A stretch of 64,000 nt of DNA from Paraspadella gotoi (lineage: Eukaryota; Animalia; Chaetognatha): the NCBI GenBank assembly GCA_051294375.1, contig CM119264.1, positions 8,129,051-8,193,050 of the forward strand. Reading direction: 5' to 3'. Both the position numbers and the translations under genes were made by a program. This document shows positions 1 to 16,900 of the stretch, piece after piece (positions within the stretch are counted from its first letter, which is position 1; each line of letters opens with the position of its first letter). Under the pieces are notes generated by a model, which saw only the letters and a list, made by a program, of their open reading frames with translations, was not told where the DNA came from and did no database searches.

Positions 1-2128
1 TTGAAGTACACCGAATTTGTAGGCGAAGCAGCATTGGCGCCCTACCGCTCCTGTCCAAGGCTGGAAGAGACAACGACGGTATGGGTTCCTACTCCAGGAG
101 CTGCTGTCCCTAGTTCTGTGCCTTCGAAAATACCTCCAACAGACACCATCAAGTTGCCCAAATCTCCAGAAAAAACTCGTCGCTTCTTCGCTAAGAAACT
201 TCGACTCCGCCTGGAAAAGAGCCCAGAACTTCTTGACGACGAGGATGCCTTCAAGATTTTCCTTGCCGAGTCGGGACCGTCGTGGTTGAAGTGGGATGGG
301 AAGGACGTTAAATCTACTGCCAAAATCATCGCCTTGCAACCACCGGCCATTAAAGTTCAAAATCGAATTATGACGTTCCTAGAGTCTATTCCCATATTTC
401 ATCGTTTTCGCGTCATTTGCCGCTTCTTGGTACATATCGACGAAGTCTTCAAACGCAACTTACTCCGGCGCATTTTAGAGACCAAGATGATCGTTCCATC
501 TTTTCTCCAGCTCTTTTCCATTTTTCAAGTCTTTGACTTTGACGGACGGTTTCTTTTCGAGTTGGTCATCAGCAAGTGGGACCAAAAAAAAGAGAAGTGG
601 CGGAACGAGTTCGTGGAGAAACTTGAAATGAAGACTGTTGAAACGGCTGTGAAGACTCTTCTAGACTTTGTCACCAACTTTGATTCACTTATCAATAACT
701 TTGCGAAGCTCGACTGCTTTCCCTTCGGGTTTTTGTATAGCTTATGTTGTAGCAATAAGGTAACAATAATACTTATCAACTTTTTTTCGCAGTGGAAGTA
801 CATTTATATTTAAAAAATATTGTTTTTCTTAGGATTCGACACTCATAGATTTGAGTCCCACAGTTATGACGAGACTTTGCGATTTCCCCGAGGAATCCAA
901 CTCACATCTCCCTTTCAAGAATAAGGCAATTCCCATTGTCATCGGTTCCGGCGATGAAAGCTATTTCCAGAGCCTTGGGAAAAAATCTAAGAAAGCCAAC
1001 TTTTACCATGAAACGTGGCGGCAGGAGGCCACGTCTCGCGGCTGGACGAATTACGAGTTCTCTCTCTTTTTAAAAAAATACCTTGGTGTAGATTATGAAA
1101 GCAAAGAAAAAGAACTAAATCGCTTCCTTCAAATCCTGGTGAGCATGGTATTTAGTATTCACTCTCTTACAAAAATTTAACAAAACAAAATAAACAGTGA
1201 TGATTAACCGTGTAAGCGTCGCAATGGATTTTCAAGAATAGGAAGTGGGCGATAATGAAAATACTAATTTAATTCAGTTGGCTACGACTGTGCAGCACAG
1301 GGCCATTAAAATCCTTCACCTCATTCACCTTATCAAAAAGGTTCCAGTTCCGACCAACATTTCAGAGCTGGAAGAAAATATTTTCTTTAGGTAAACTTAA
1401 AGGAATAACTTTAATTTTGAAATAAAATGACTGATAATTCGTAAAGACATAAATTATAACTATCTAGAGTAATTTGACCTTATTTACATTTTTAAAACAT
1501 TGACTTCTTCCTTGAAAAATACAATTTTATTGCCCAAAAAACCCAGCAGTTTAACTTTAACGGTATACGTACTTATAGGTATTGCGACGCTGCCTTATTC
1601 GGTGGATTCGCAGACCCGGACGATCTATTCGCCATTGTAGAAGAGGGGCGCCGTCGCTTGAATCGTTCACCACGTTTTGCTGTTGAATTTTTTAAGGACA
1701 AAAACGTTTTCCTGACTAATCTCCTTTGCGAAACTCACAGTATTACGCCACCAGAGATGGCGACGAGGACGCCCCTTCACAGCGGCCATTGTGACTCCCT
1801 CAACGGCTCGATCCAGTCTGTAATCGATAATCTCATTCGCGTGGTCGTTATTACTGGCCATCCAGACTGCCTGGTGACGATGACCAAGAGCTTGAGGTCA
1901 GCTACTCGTATAGCGATCGTCCACGTTCCCGCGTTATCCATCATGCCCAGCTCCGACCTTCCCTTCTTTGGTCCCGATCCCGAGACGCAAATGTACAGTC
2001 TACGGACTGAGAACCACGTCTTTCATCTCTCATGCTTCGACCCGATCTTCCAAGAGGCGCGCACCATAGTCGATGCTTGCCTGAAGGACAAGATGGTCTT
2101 TTTAGCGAAAGACAAGACCGTCCGGTGA
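1..2128 (+). CDS. 3' part of a multi-exon gene of unknown function (5' end outside window)
   Basis: Phase-compatible GT-AG exon chain <1-758, 833-1138, 1278-1390, 1579-2128 (stop TGA). Exons are GC-richer than introns. No domain recognised. Confidence 0.7.
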
Positions 2129-2399
2129 GACATAAATTATTTTGAACGTGCAATGCTTGTATTTCTTTACCCAAACGATAACGACGATATATTTTGCGAC
2201 GGGTTATGAGAAGCCTATGGGTTTTATGTTCGTCGTCACCGTTATCACCCTGGTGTGTTCTTGGACGTCACGTTATTTTTTTCCCCCTGAGTCAAACAAA
2301 TAACAAAGATTCGTGCATCGATTTGGTTAAAAAAAATTTCTATTTTTTAGGGTACAGCCACAGGGTTCCTGTCTCACTCTTTCTCTCATTAGTTTTTAT

Positions 2400-3022
2400 T
2401 TATTCTGGGTCTATAATTCACTTTGTCGGTCCCACCCCTAAATCTTGTCGGTAAGTCACCTTCATCATCTCAGAATATCGAATTATGATAAATTATGCAA
2501 AAAAATTGATGTCCGTCCGTCCGTCCGTCCGTCCGTCCGTCCGTCCGTCCGTCCGTCCGTCCGTCCGTCCGTCCGTCCTCCGTTAGCTTTGAACGCCAAT
2601 TACTCCTGAGTGGATGGTGCGATTGACTTGAAATTTTGTCGGTAGGAAATTGTGTGATTGAGCAGGAAATAAGAAATAAGGAATGAGGAAATGAGCAGGA
2701 AATCAAGTTTCGATGGAATCGTCAAAGTGAAAATGAGTTAAAATGGAAAAAACAAAGTCTATTTCAATATTTGATTATGTTTTTTTTATATTAAATGTAA
2801 ATTCAAGAAGCATTAAATAATTATTAATAAATTAGTAATTAATTAGTTGTAATTAATTTATTAATTAATTTTGTGATCGAGATTGTGTTTTTGCGATTGA
2901 GAGGCGAGACAAATTGGAAAACGATTTTGACGCGAATAAAATTAATTAATAAATTATCTGATCAGCTGCTTACCGCTAATGATCGTGGGCAGATCCGGCA
3001 TTTTTTGCTAAAACTTTGTTTG
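2400..3022 (+). mobile_element. HINE-like family A copy with long (GTCC)n tract
   Basis: Collinear with 48041-48779; (GTCC)n at 2511-2578. Confidence 0.7.
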
Positions 3023-3695
3023 TTTTTTTTTTAACCTGCGGCAAGAGAAAAAGTAAAAGTTAAAAGGTTACAGTTAAAGTTTTGCCATTAGAAGTCGAGT
3101 TTTCAGTGTATAAAATTATTATAATTATTACTCAGCGAGGCTACCTATTAGTTTCGGGATTTTTTACTATTATTTTCCCATTATCGACAGGATCTTCCAT
3201 AATATGACCGACAAGAATATTTGCCTTCTTCCTATGGTTTTGGACAGACAGAATATGACTTCTGCGCAAATGGCGCACGAGGCTGTCGGCGACAAAAAGG
3301 CCGTTTCCCATCGGGCGTCGCTCTTCTCGTGCCACAAAACACCTTCAGTGTCGGCGTTACGCCACACAGAGATTCGCGCTTCTTTAGCCTTTCTCCTCGG
3401 CCGAAAGTACGAACTTAACTCGAATGTTTTTAAGACATCTCAGAAGAGATTACAGTCCTTTCTAAGTAATCTTGTTGATGAATCAGAGAGTGGACAGGAT
3501 CATTGAACCCAAGTATTACGAGTAGCGGTAGCGGATTATTTATTTTAGTTCCTAATAATTGATTGAAGCTCTTCCAACATTTTACTTTGGAAAACATTTC
3601 CATGTCGTAGTTTCATAGATTTAAGTTTACTTTTGACCGTTAAAATTGCTCATTTCATTTTTTGAACTTTTTTTTTCCTGAATGAGGCCTATTAA

Positions 3696-6937
<3,242 letters not shown>

Positions 6938-7380
6938 ACCTGAGAAGCGAAAGCAACGCTCGTTAAGACTGACAATCGTAGATTGGCTTTTGGGTTTCGA
7001 AGTGCTGTGTGAAATTTACTTTTTTTTCCTTTTTCCCCCCCGAATAATAGATACAATTATTTTCATGTCCAATTAATATTATTTCTCATTAGATATTTCT
7101 AGTCCATCATTGGCTCTGAAAGTTGGCAATACATTATATTAATCGAGCCACTTTAAAAATCTAGTCTTTCTCCATTTCAAATGGCATTATTTCTTCGTTT
7201 TGTTATGTTTACGTTTTTCGTGTTAGTTTTTTCACTCAATTACGCAAATCGCGAGAACCGATGAGACTTTACGGTTTACCTCTTCCAGTGAAACAATGAA
7301 GGATAGAAACTAGGTAGATTGTTTATTTACTTAACTTTAACTCATTGATCTATCGCCAAAGAAATATTTTAAACCAAAGA

Positions 7381-10300
7381 ATGGAGGGACGCAAAGCAAT
7401 GTCTCGTCTCCCGGAATTCGCGAGGCCCATTAAAGAAATTTTGGAAGCGAGGAGGTAAGAATAAATTGCGTGCGGCATCCATTTGCTTTTTTTTTTTTCG
7501 TGTCCTTTACCTATCTTTTTGTAAGGTCTTAAGAAAGGTATGCGACTTCAAAAAAACTTATTTTGCTTTAGCCTTTATGAATTAGCGACTAACTGGCTAA
7601 AAATGTCATTGTTCTTCCTTACTCCTTATTTTTATTCCATTCCCGTTTCTAGCGAGGAAATTGTCCTCGGCATCCTTACTTTTATGGTGGCCTGGGTCTG
7701 CGTCTGGGTGGCGCGTTTCTCCTTGCGTCGTTTTTTCGGTTGGCAACCTCCGACGGAAGAAGATTCGAGGGAAAACACCGAATGCGAGGTGGCCGAGCAG
7801 AAGGAGAGGTCGGTCAAGCCTAGGTAAGGCTAGATTCAACTTTTGGAATACAAAACAGAGAAGGTTTTAGGTCTAATTTTGAGTGAGGAGTCTCAACCAA
7901 ATCAACATTTTACGTATGTGCTTCTCTCCTTACTCTGAAGGTTCCGAAAGCGGGACAAGGTGATGTTTTACGGACGCAAAATCATTCGCAAGATGGGGTC
8001 TGTGGGCGCGACGGTCCACTCGGCCGCCGATAACCTTAACTTTAACGCCAAAAACAGACAAATATTGTCAAAAGTCTTTAGACAAATACTCAGAGACGGG
8101 TGAGAAACAGAGACTACCATGTGAGAGGATTTATTATTGTTTCTGTCACTCATTACTATAAACCACCAATTTTTATTTTTAGCGGGGAACGGGAACATTA
8201 CTTAGAGGAAAAGGAACTCCCCTCGACAATGCTGGAGGTGGACATGACAGACCGCGAGGCAGAGTCAGTCCTTCCCGCCGACATTCTCTACATGCTTAAG
8301 TCCATCAAGTGAGTGACGACGATCTCAAATGATTTCATTATTAGTTTTACACTGTTCACGGTTTACCAGTTTACCTAAATTTCAGAAAAATTTCATTGCA
8401 TACCAAATTTTAAAATCTGTTGAAAGCATCGCGCATTTGTTGACGCATATTTCTTCCCCTTATAAACGATCTCTCCTTCGCCTTTTCGACAGAGTATTCG
8501 GGCATTTCGAGCGCCCTCTATTTCTGCAACTCTGCAAAAAGATGGAGACGCTACGATTGGCCGCGGGACAGTGGCTCTTCAAACCAGGTTGATCTGAAGG
8601 AGATTGATAGGCGGTCCAATTTCTCTTTCTCGCGGCTTCCCTGTTTCTCACTTTTCCCTACTATCTCCTTTTTTCAATTTTACCTTCCCCCCAGGCGATC
8701 CCGACGATAGCATCTTTGTGGTGCAAGACGGCTGCGTCGAGATTTACATCCTCTACGAAAATCGAGAGATTCTAGCCAAGGTGGTGCAACCGGGCGAAAG
8801 TGTGGCCAGTCTTCTCTCGATTCTCGACGTGCTCACCGGGCATAGAGAGCCGTACAAGACTGTCTCGGGTCGAGCAGTGCAAGACAGTACCATCCTTCGG
8901 TTGCCGGGTGAGTGGAAATAAAAAACATTGGCATTTAGTTATTAGATTATATACTATATTTCCTTCGAAAATCTACATACATCGAGACATTACGGGTAAA
9001 TGGTAGTGCTCAATGGGATTCATAAGATAAAAAACGCAGTATAGTATTATTTTTTAAATGTGATTGTCTGTAGTTTCAATTTTTGCACATGTGACTTGTG
9101 ACTTTTTAATGATGACAAACAATTACGTAAAATCGTTTTTTCGTATCGATTTCCAGACCTAATGAGATCACCGCAATCCTCATGAACTACTTTGAGTGAA
9201 AAATAAACCTCGGTTTCTTTTTAGTTTTTAAATAAAAAACATTTTTTCCCATCCCGACCCTGGTCCGCCTTTTCCGATCTATAAATCGATATGCCCTACT
9301 TTGCCTTCTTTTTTCTCGATCATCGGGTCCGTAACAAGCGGTTCGGTCATCGTGTTTTGCGTCGTCGTCGTCAGCTGACGCGCATAGATGTAGCGAGGGT
9401 CGATGCGGTCGTCGTCGTCGTCGGTTTTGTCGGCGACGGAATCGGCCTTGTCGGCCTCCTTTTTTCCTTTTTTCTTTGCCTTTGGTGACGATAATCCCAA
9501 TTCTCGATCAAGCATATTTTGGCTGAAGTTGTAGTCCTCGATCATACGAGTAATTGCGCGAAGGTCGTGCTGGAGCTTCTCCACATGCGCCTCCCCGTCG
9601 ATTGAGGCTTCGATATCGACGTCCTCGGTCGGCGATGAGCTCGCTGAGGGCGACTTGGCCGCAAAATCATGGCGAGCGAGTTGAAGGTCGGCCAATTTTT
9701 CGTAGGAAAGACGCTCGAGCTCTTCCAATTTCTTAACGTTTGTTAAAAAAAAAGAATGAATAGTTCTATTTGCAGAAATTACATGCGGATTACCATCGTC
9801 ACTAACCTGAATCTTGTGTTCCTTGTACTTGGCCTTGAGACACTCCTGGTGGTAGGAGTTGCGCTTGAAGCAGCAACGGATCACGAAGTTACCACAGCAG
9901 GAGATGATAACGGCGAGGAGGCCAACGAGAAGAGCGAGAAGACGCGACATTGCCACCCACACTGCAGGGTTTAGAGTCGTCACATCTGCAATAAAGATTT
10001 CGGAGGACGTAAAAACATTACTCGCTTTATTTTTTCTGACTTTTCTTAATTCACCATCAATTTGGGCTCTCAGATCTTTGAGCTCAACAAGTGCCTTGAT
10101 TGTAGCTGTCACTATAGCTTTTTTTTATATTAATCTCCGTACCCTTTGCCGATTTGCCCGTTCCGCAAGATTCGACCGTCATTGCGCACTTCACGTATTC
10201 GCCGTTTAGCAGCGCGAAAAAGACCCAGGCCATCGCTACCACTGCCGCCTTGCCCATCGCCCGCCACAACAGGAGCTGGGAGCGCCAGTGGCATCCGAGT

Positions 10301-11525
10301 CGAAGATGGCAAAATCCCGTGGAAAGGATCCAAGTGGTTGGGTTGAGAACGATCGCCAGGAAGAAGAGGGCGACTGCGGGGACAAAGATGCAAGCCAGGC
10401 CGTAGACGAATCGGTATCTGGTAGTAGAATGGGAACGGGCAAGAGAAAATGCAAAAACGGAAGGGTGAGGACAGTGCAGTCAAACTGTATCTGTCAATGT
10501 TGTCGTTTTTGTTATTGCTGCGGCAACGGCACATTCGTGGAAAAACATTCGGTCGTCGTCTTTTAGGCACGGATTTATTGTGGGTCCTCACGTCCAAATG
10601 AAGTGGCCGTGGTCGACGTGATCGACCTCCGTGTCGAGGGTGTCGTGGACGACGGCGTCAAGGTTACAAGGGCAGTCGAACTCCGCCGCGGAAAAGATTT
10701 TCTCGATGGCCGACATGGTCAAAAAGATTCCCGTTGACGTCAGTGTGCTGATAAAAGAGGAAAAACGTTTTGAAAGAAGAAAGTTGTGACTTGTGTCCGT
10801 CCGCTTGCAGTCTTTTAATCAAAGCCTTGGTGTCTGTACATTAGAGTAGAGCACTCAGAACAAAAAAATACTTGAATGATCAAACAAGGATATTTAGATG
10901 TAAGATAATTAACTAGTACAAAAAATATTTTGTTCATATTGTCATATTTGTAGTAATATTCTTATAAAATAATAAATTTTAAAAATAATTTTTTAAAACT
11001 TTTATTAAAGATTCAGAAAGTTGAATCAAAAATATAAAACATGTTATCAAAAATTATGTTATTAAAATGGGAAAAATGTAAAAATTCATAACTTTTTTAT
11101 TCTCTTTTAAAAACTTATATATGTTAAAACATTTTAATCATTTTTTGTGATCAAACATAAAATATCATATAACATATTTTATAAAAGTTTTTTAGTTTTT
11201 TACGGTGAATCCAAATCTGTTTTTAAAAATAAAATATTGTGGTATAATCCTTTCTTTTCGTTGTGTAATAATTATTAGAAAAGTTTGAAATGAATTTTCA
11301 ACAACGATTTTATTTGATAAAAACGGACATGTTTCGGCTTAACTACAAGCCTTCATCAGCATTAAAAAAGTTAGTGAATTTTGAAACAAATTATGTGCAT
11401 AAAGAAAGAGTGAGAGAGAGAGAGAGAGGGCAAAGTTTCCAACACAGAGTTGAGAAGGATAGTGGTCAATTGTGAGGACAGATTAAGGTGAAACAAATAG
11501 AGCCAGTTTGTGAAAAGAAATTGAA

Positions 11526-11563
<38 letters not shown>

Positions 11564-13880
11564 AAAGGAGAGAGAGAGTGAGAGAACTTGAAAAATAATA
11601 CATTGTGCAATGTACAACAAAGATAAATATTGTTTAAAACTTAATGATTAGTGTTAACAATTAACTACTGTGAATAAATAAGTTAGTGAAGATGAAATTG
11701 TGAAATTTGAAATGTGAAGGAAATAGAGGTGAGGGATAGTTAAGCAATTATTATTATAGTGAAGTATAAGAGTTAAGATAGAGCTCAAAGTGAGCTGGCC
11801 CCCTTGGCTTGTGCAAATAAAGGCCTGATCGATGTGGTCGGGTCATTGACGTGTCAGTGGCTGTGAGGACAAAATCGTTGAGCCTATGTGTGCGGCGTTA
11901 GGGAGGCTTCCTTGCGGGAAGATACCAAGGCTACTCTGATGTCTCTCTGGCCTGGTACGCCTGCCGACTGCCCTCTTCTCGCCTGCTGACGAGGTGGGCG
12001 GCTTTCCGTTCTTGCCGCTTTTGCGACAGGAGTGGTGGACTCTCCTTCCTCCTGCAGCCGTCGCTTTGGGCGGCGCTCACTCCACAGAGAAAGGGAATGA
12101 GTTGCTACAGGTGAAGGAGAGGCATCGTCTGCCCATTGCCTGCGCAAGGGTCTCCGCCTGTCTCGTTGAGTGGAGACGGGGGAAGTCATTGTGCGGACGT
12201 GGTGGAGACGGGGCCTCCACCACGCTTTTTGATAAGCGAATCATAGCTTGGAGGGAGGTCGAATTCGTCCTCCATCACGATTCAAAGAGGGCTCGAGGGC
12301 TTTGATGTATATTGCCTCTCTAATACCTCTTGAGAACCATCGGGTCATGGGACAGCACGAGACAGTCTGTTTCTCTAAATACATGGCCAGGTATTTACCG
12401 TATGCTCGGCTACAGCGGACAATTAATGACCGCGGGCATCACGATAAGGTTTCGTGTGCTGCTGAAATCGATCCGTCAGAGATTTGCCTGTCTCGCCCAC
12501 GTATGCTGCTGTACAGGCTTGGTTGCCCGCCCCTGCACAGGCCGCCCAATAGACGGCTCCTGATGTTTTCGGTCTGGGGATTTTATCTTTCGGTTTCACC
12601 AAAAGCTCACGCAGAGATCTTCACTAACTTATTTATTCACAGGAGTTAATTGTTAACACTAATCATTAAGTTTTAAACAATATTTATCTTTGTTGTACAT
12701 TGCACAATGATATTATTTTTCAAGTTCTCTCACTCTCTCTCTCTCTCTCTCTCTCACCATTTCAATTTCTTTTCACAAACTGGCTCTATTTGTTTCACCT
12801 TAATCTGTCCTCACAATTGACCACTATCCCTTCTCAACTCTGTGTTGGAAACTTTGCCCCTCTCTCTCTCTCTCTCACTCTTTCTATATGCACATAATTT
12901 GTTTCAAATTCACTAACTTTTTTAATGCTGATGAAGGCTTGTAGTTAAGCCGAAACATGTCCGTTTTTATCAAATAAAATCGGCTTGTTTGAAAATTCAT
13001 TTCAAACTTTTCTAATAAAAATAAAATAAAATTATTTTGAAATTTAACGATTTTATAAGGATATTACTACATAAATAATTAAATTTAGTATACTATTCTG
13101 TTAAAAAAAATTTTAAAAGGATTTAAAATTTATTAATTACATATCCATAGACAGTAAAAAAATAATGTTCAATCACTCAATCTTTTCGTCACTCCACCCT
13201 ACTGTACATATATGTATAAACATATATGCAGTCTCTAATTTTAATTTCTTTTTTCTTTTACTTTTTTTATCTCCCTTTCGGGCTATAAAATATTCTAGCG
13301 GCATATATCTACACAGGATGAATTTCCAAAATCTGAGGGAATATTGCATAATTCAAATCGCGGCTTTGTATCAAAATGATAAAAACAAATTGTATCGGAT
13401 CTTTGGCTATCTTGTGCCCAATACGAATTATAATTTGATTTAGAGTTTTCTAGAATGACTTTATTTTTGCTTCTTATTTTACATTCGCCTACCTGAGACA
13501 GCCAGATTTTCGAAGACTTTCGAATCTGACTGGGTTGGATGCTCGTGGCCGAAGTCCCGACGCTGTGTGACTCAGGAAGCGATGGAACCAGGACATGATG
13601 TTCGGCCCGTGTTTTAAGAGTTAACGCTTTTGGAAACTGAAGATCGTGATGTTTACGGGTGTCGACGTCTATCCTCGAGTATGATAACCCGGTCGATAAT
13701 GATGGATGGGGTCGACCGCGAAAACGGTATTGCGATCAGACACCCGCGATTGATTTACGTCGATAAAAGAAATAAAACAAATGGAATTCCGGGCGAGATT
13801 TGCAAAATATTTGTGGTTGTCGATTGAGTAGATTTTTCGGTCTGTCTTTGCAGTCCGGTTGGGACCCGTTGCATGGAAAG

Positions 13881-13925
<45 letters not shown>

Positions 13926-16900
13926 AGCGCAAATGGAAAATGAGATAAAATCTCTCGTTTTCCGCTCAGAGAGAATTTTTTGTTGTCTCGTCTATAGACT
14001 ATAGCGCCCAACATTTCATGCGTTCCGTTTCTGCACAATGAGTTCTCGTCATGAAACTGGGTCAGAGACAAATTTTTCATGAGCATTTCTCTTTTCGATT
14101 GAGTCTGGGATTTCCTATCTATCCGTGTAGAAAATATATTATTATTATTATTATTATTATTATTTTTGTTATTATTATTATAAGGTTATAATTTAATATT
14201 TGGTTCGTGCAACAAGATGATATTTTACGTTTTAATTTGTCAGTAACAAATTTATGAAGCTTTTGTTTATATGTGGAGTTTTTTGTCGTATTTTTTGTAA
14301 AAATTTTAACGGTCTCGTGTTCTTTCCATTATTTTGGACGACTTCGTCGACATTTTCCTGTCCGGAGGAAAGATGAAAAGATTAATGAGGGATTGCCTCC
14401 GGCAGGAAGGGGTGCGTTGACCGGGTGATATGAAACGACGATAAAGGGTCGCAATTTATGCCTGATTGCATCACAAAATTTTGACGCGAAGGAGGGAGAA
14501 GACGTGTTTAAACTGTACCTGTATTTGTATTGTAAAAGTAATTAAATTAGTATTTTTATTAGGTTTTTTGTGCCGGATTTAGGAAAAACCGAATAAAAAT
14601 TTTGATTAACATGTTTTCTTCGTCTTATCGGGAATAATCAAATGCATATTTAGACATGGAATGAGTACTTAATACAATGGTCTTAGCAGACAGTTGGTGA
14701 CATCAGTATTCAGTAGGCCGATGCACCACTGTAACTCTCGCGGTTTCTGAGTAGAAGAAACATAGAACAAGCTTCGGTCGGCAGTAGTATGCGGGAGGCC
14801 AAAAGTCCGGCCAATGTCATGTACAACTGAATAGTAAGACAATCAGGTAACAAGAACCAAAGAGCAACAGGAAATAAAACTGTAAAGTAAAATGAAGCAC
14901 AAACCATAAGTAAGGCACATAATAAAATAAACGTACAAGTAATAAAAACCAAATATAAATGTCTATGAAAAAGTCCATTAGTTCGTGAATCGCAGATGAA
15001 CGGAGGCAGACGATCCTGAAGGAGAGAAGCCATGAACGTAACCGTAACAATTCTCTCTTTTTATTCAGGCACCGCTTTCAATGAAGTGTTCAGAGACTCT
15101 CCCCAATCGTTGGTTCGAATTGTCCAAGTAAGTCGTTCCTCTTATCTCTTGTCTTAACTTAAGAAATAACTCTTTGATTTTTCTTTTAAAGGTGATTATG
15201 GTTCGTCTTCAAAGAGTGACTTTTATGTCCCTACATCATTACCTCGGCTTAACATCGGAGTTGGTCAACGCCAGAGTTGCTCATACGCATGCGCATGCGA
15301 CTTTGAGTTTTAGTGAGTATTTTCATCCAAAAATCAATTTATGACGAGGAGCTAGTAGATGACTGCTATTTTGGTTACCCGTAATGAGCTCGAATCGAAA
15401 TTTGCTTCGCTGTCAATAATCAGGTCAACCAAAGAACTTCAACGCGAGTCCTAAAACTAGTCCCAAACGCGTGAAGAGGTCGGCCTCGCTCCCGCGCAGC
15501 ATGACTTCATCCGACTTCGATGCCGCCGTCAGGTATTCGCGCCGAATGTCGGTCCGTATGCCTGTCCGTCGGCCTGTTTCACTTACGTTAAAATGCATAT
15601 AATTTGCCTATAATTGGTTGCTCTTAAATCTAAGGGACTGCTAGCGCCGCTTTCAGGAAATCCTAAAACTAAAAAGAAATAAAAGACATAATTTTGATGC
15701 AGTGCATGTCATAAACCACCAAAGCCTGTCCAAAGTCAGAGGCAAAATAGCTTATTTATTAAATGAATGGATAATTTTTAAATTGGTTGTACCAATTTCA
15801 TATAAATATACGGGCGAAGAAAATTATTGTAGTCATTTTATGTCTTGTTATGTCAGGACATGTCATGTCACGAGAAATACATGTGATAAGGCAGTCACTG
15901 CGGCGCAACACATTTGATTTACCGTTCTTGTTTTCGACTTGTTGCCCTTTTGATAAACCCATTCCTTATCCTCAGTCGGGCGCGCGTTACGAAAGATGAA
16001 GGCAAACAGTTAAGGGTAAGTTTTCTATTCTCTGCCCGTTTTCGCTTTGCACTTTTCACGCTTGTTATTTTGTCCGATCGAGCGCGCCACTTTTCGCTTC
16101 CTTAGGCCAAGGCCATGAAAAACACTAATGGAGAAGCTTCTGAAATTTCTCAATCCCTATCAACCAGCGCGCCGTCGGCGAATCAGGTTCGGCTTTGGCA
16201 GTTCCTGGTGTTTTCTTTTATGTTGCCGCAATATTATTTTCTTTTCTATTTGTTTTTTTTTTTCGAAATTTATCTAAGACTTTTAAGTTTTAAATATGGA
16301 ATAACACAATAGCACAAGTTCTACACAGTTTCTTTGGAGGCAACTAAGAAACTGAAGAGACAGTAATAATTGTTATGAGTTAGTGTCAGAATCGTCAGAA
16401 TCGTCAGAATCGTCACTGAGCTTCGGATCAGGCTGTAACACTGGACGGTTGGTGGATTTTAGTCCACCATAAAACCTATTTTTTTAAATAGCTATTTGTT
16501 TTTATCGGCAAAATTTTGGTGATAAATCAACGACAGTACGTAAACTTTTTTACCCTTTAGGCAACCGTGACGATGAACAATCTGGAGGATTCAACCGCTG
16601 ATTCTCACCAAGACTTCTCCCAAAACGCCAGCGTCTCCTTCAAGCGTCTTGGAAAAAAGTCGGGCATCGGCGCTAATGACGAACGCAGCAACGCCAGGGG
16701 GCGCCAAACGGATTTTATTGATGGCGGTCACGCCTCTCGTCCTGTGGATCAAAACGCTCAATGGAATGCTGGCTCAAAAAAATCGCCTCCTGGCAATGAA
16801 AACATGGGGCGTCCGCACGCCGGCGGACTAGGAGGATACTCCGTCTCCACAATCGCGATGCACGACGCCACCGACAACGTTATTTTGCAACGCGCCACTA

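Larger units (their letters stand above)
11272..13018 (-). mobile_element. 5'-truncated Penelope-like retroelement with GIY-YIG remnant and inverted pLTR
   Basis: Minus strand ~12220-12600 encodes [44 protein letters not shown] (with a stop and frameshifts). ~420-bp inverted arms at 11272-11693 and 12617-13018. Confidence 0.92.
10842..13201. mobile_element. hAT-type MITE (TAGAGT...CACCCTA family) interrupted by a Penelope-like element
   Basis: Termini TAGAGTAGAGC / CTCCACCCTA; perfect 8-bp TSD CTGTACAT (10834-10841 and 13202-13209). Confidence 0.9.

Noticed and set aside
3141-3506. Overlapping short ORFs upstream of PGM
   Set aside because: No recognisable homology and no convincing exon chain on either strand.
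16352-16398. CTGAAGA...GAATCGTC hammerhead-like motif in the tRNA-related repeat
   Set aside because: The GAAA core is missing and the motif is not retained in the other two copies.
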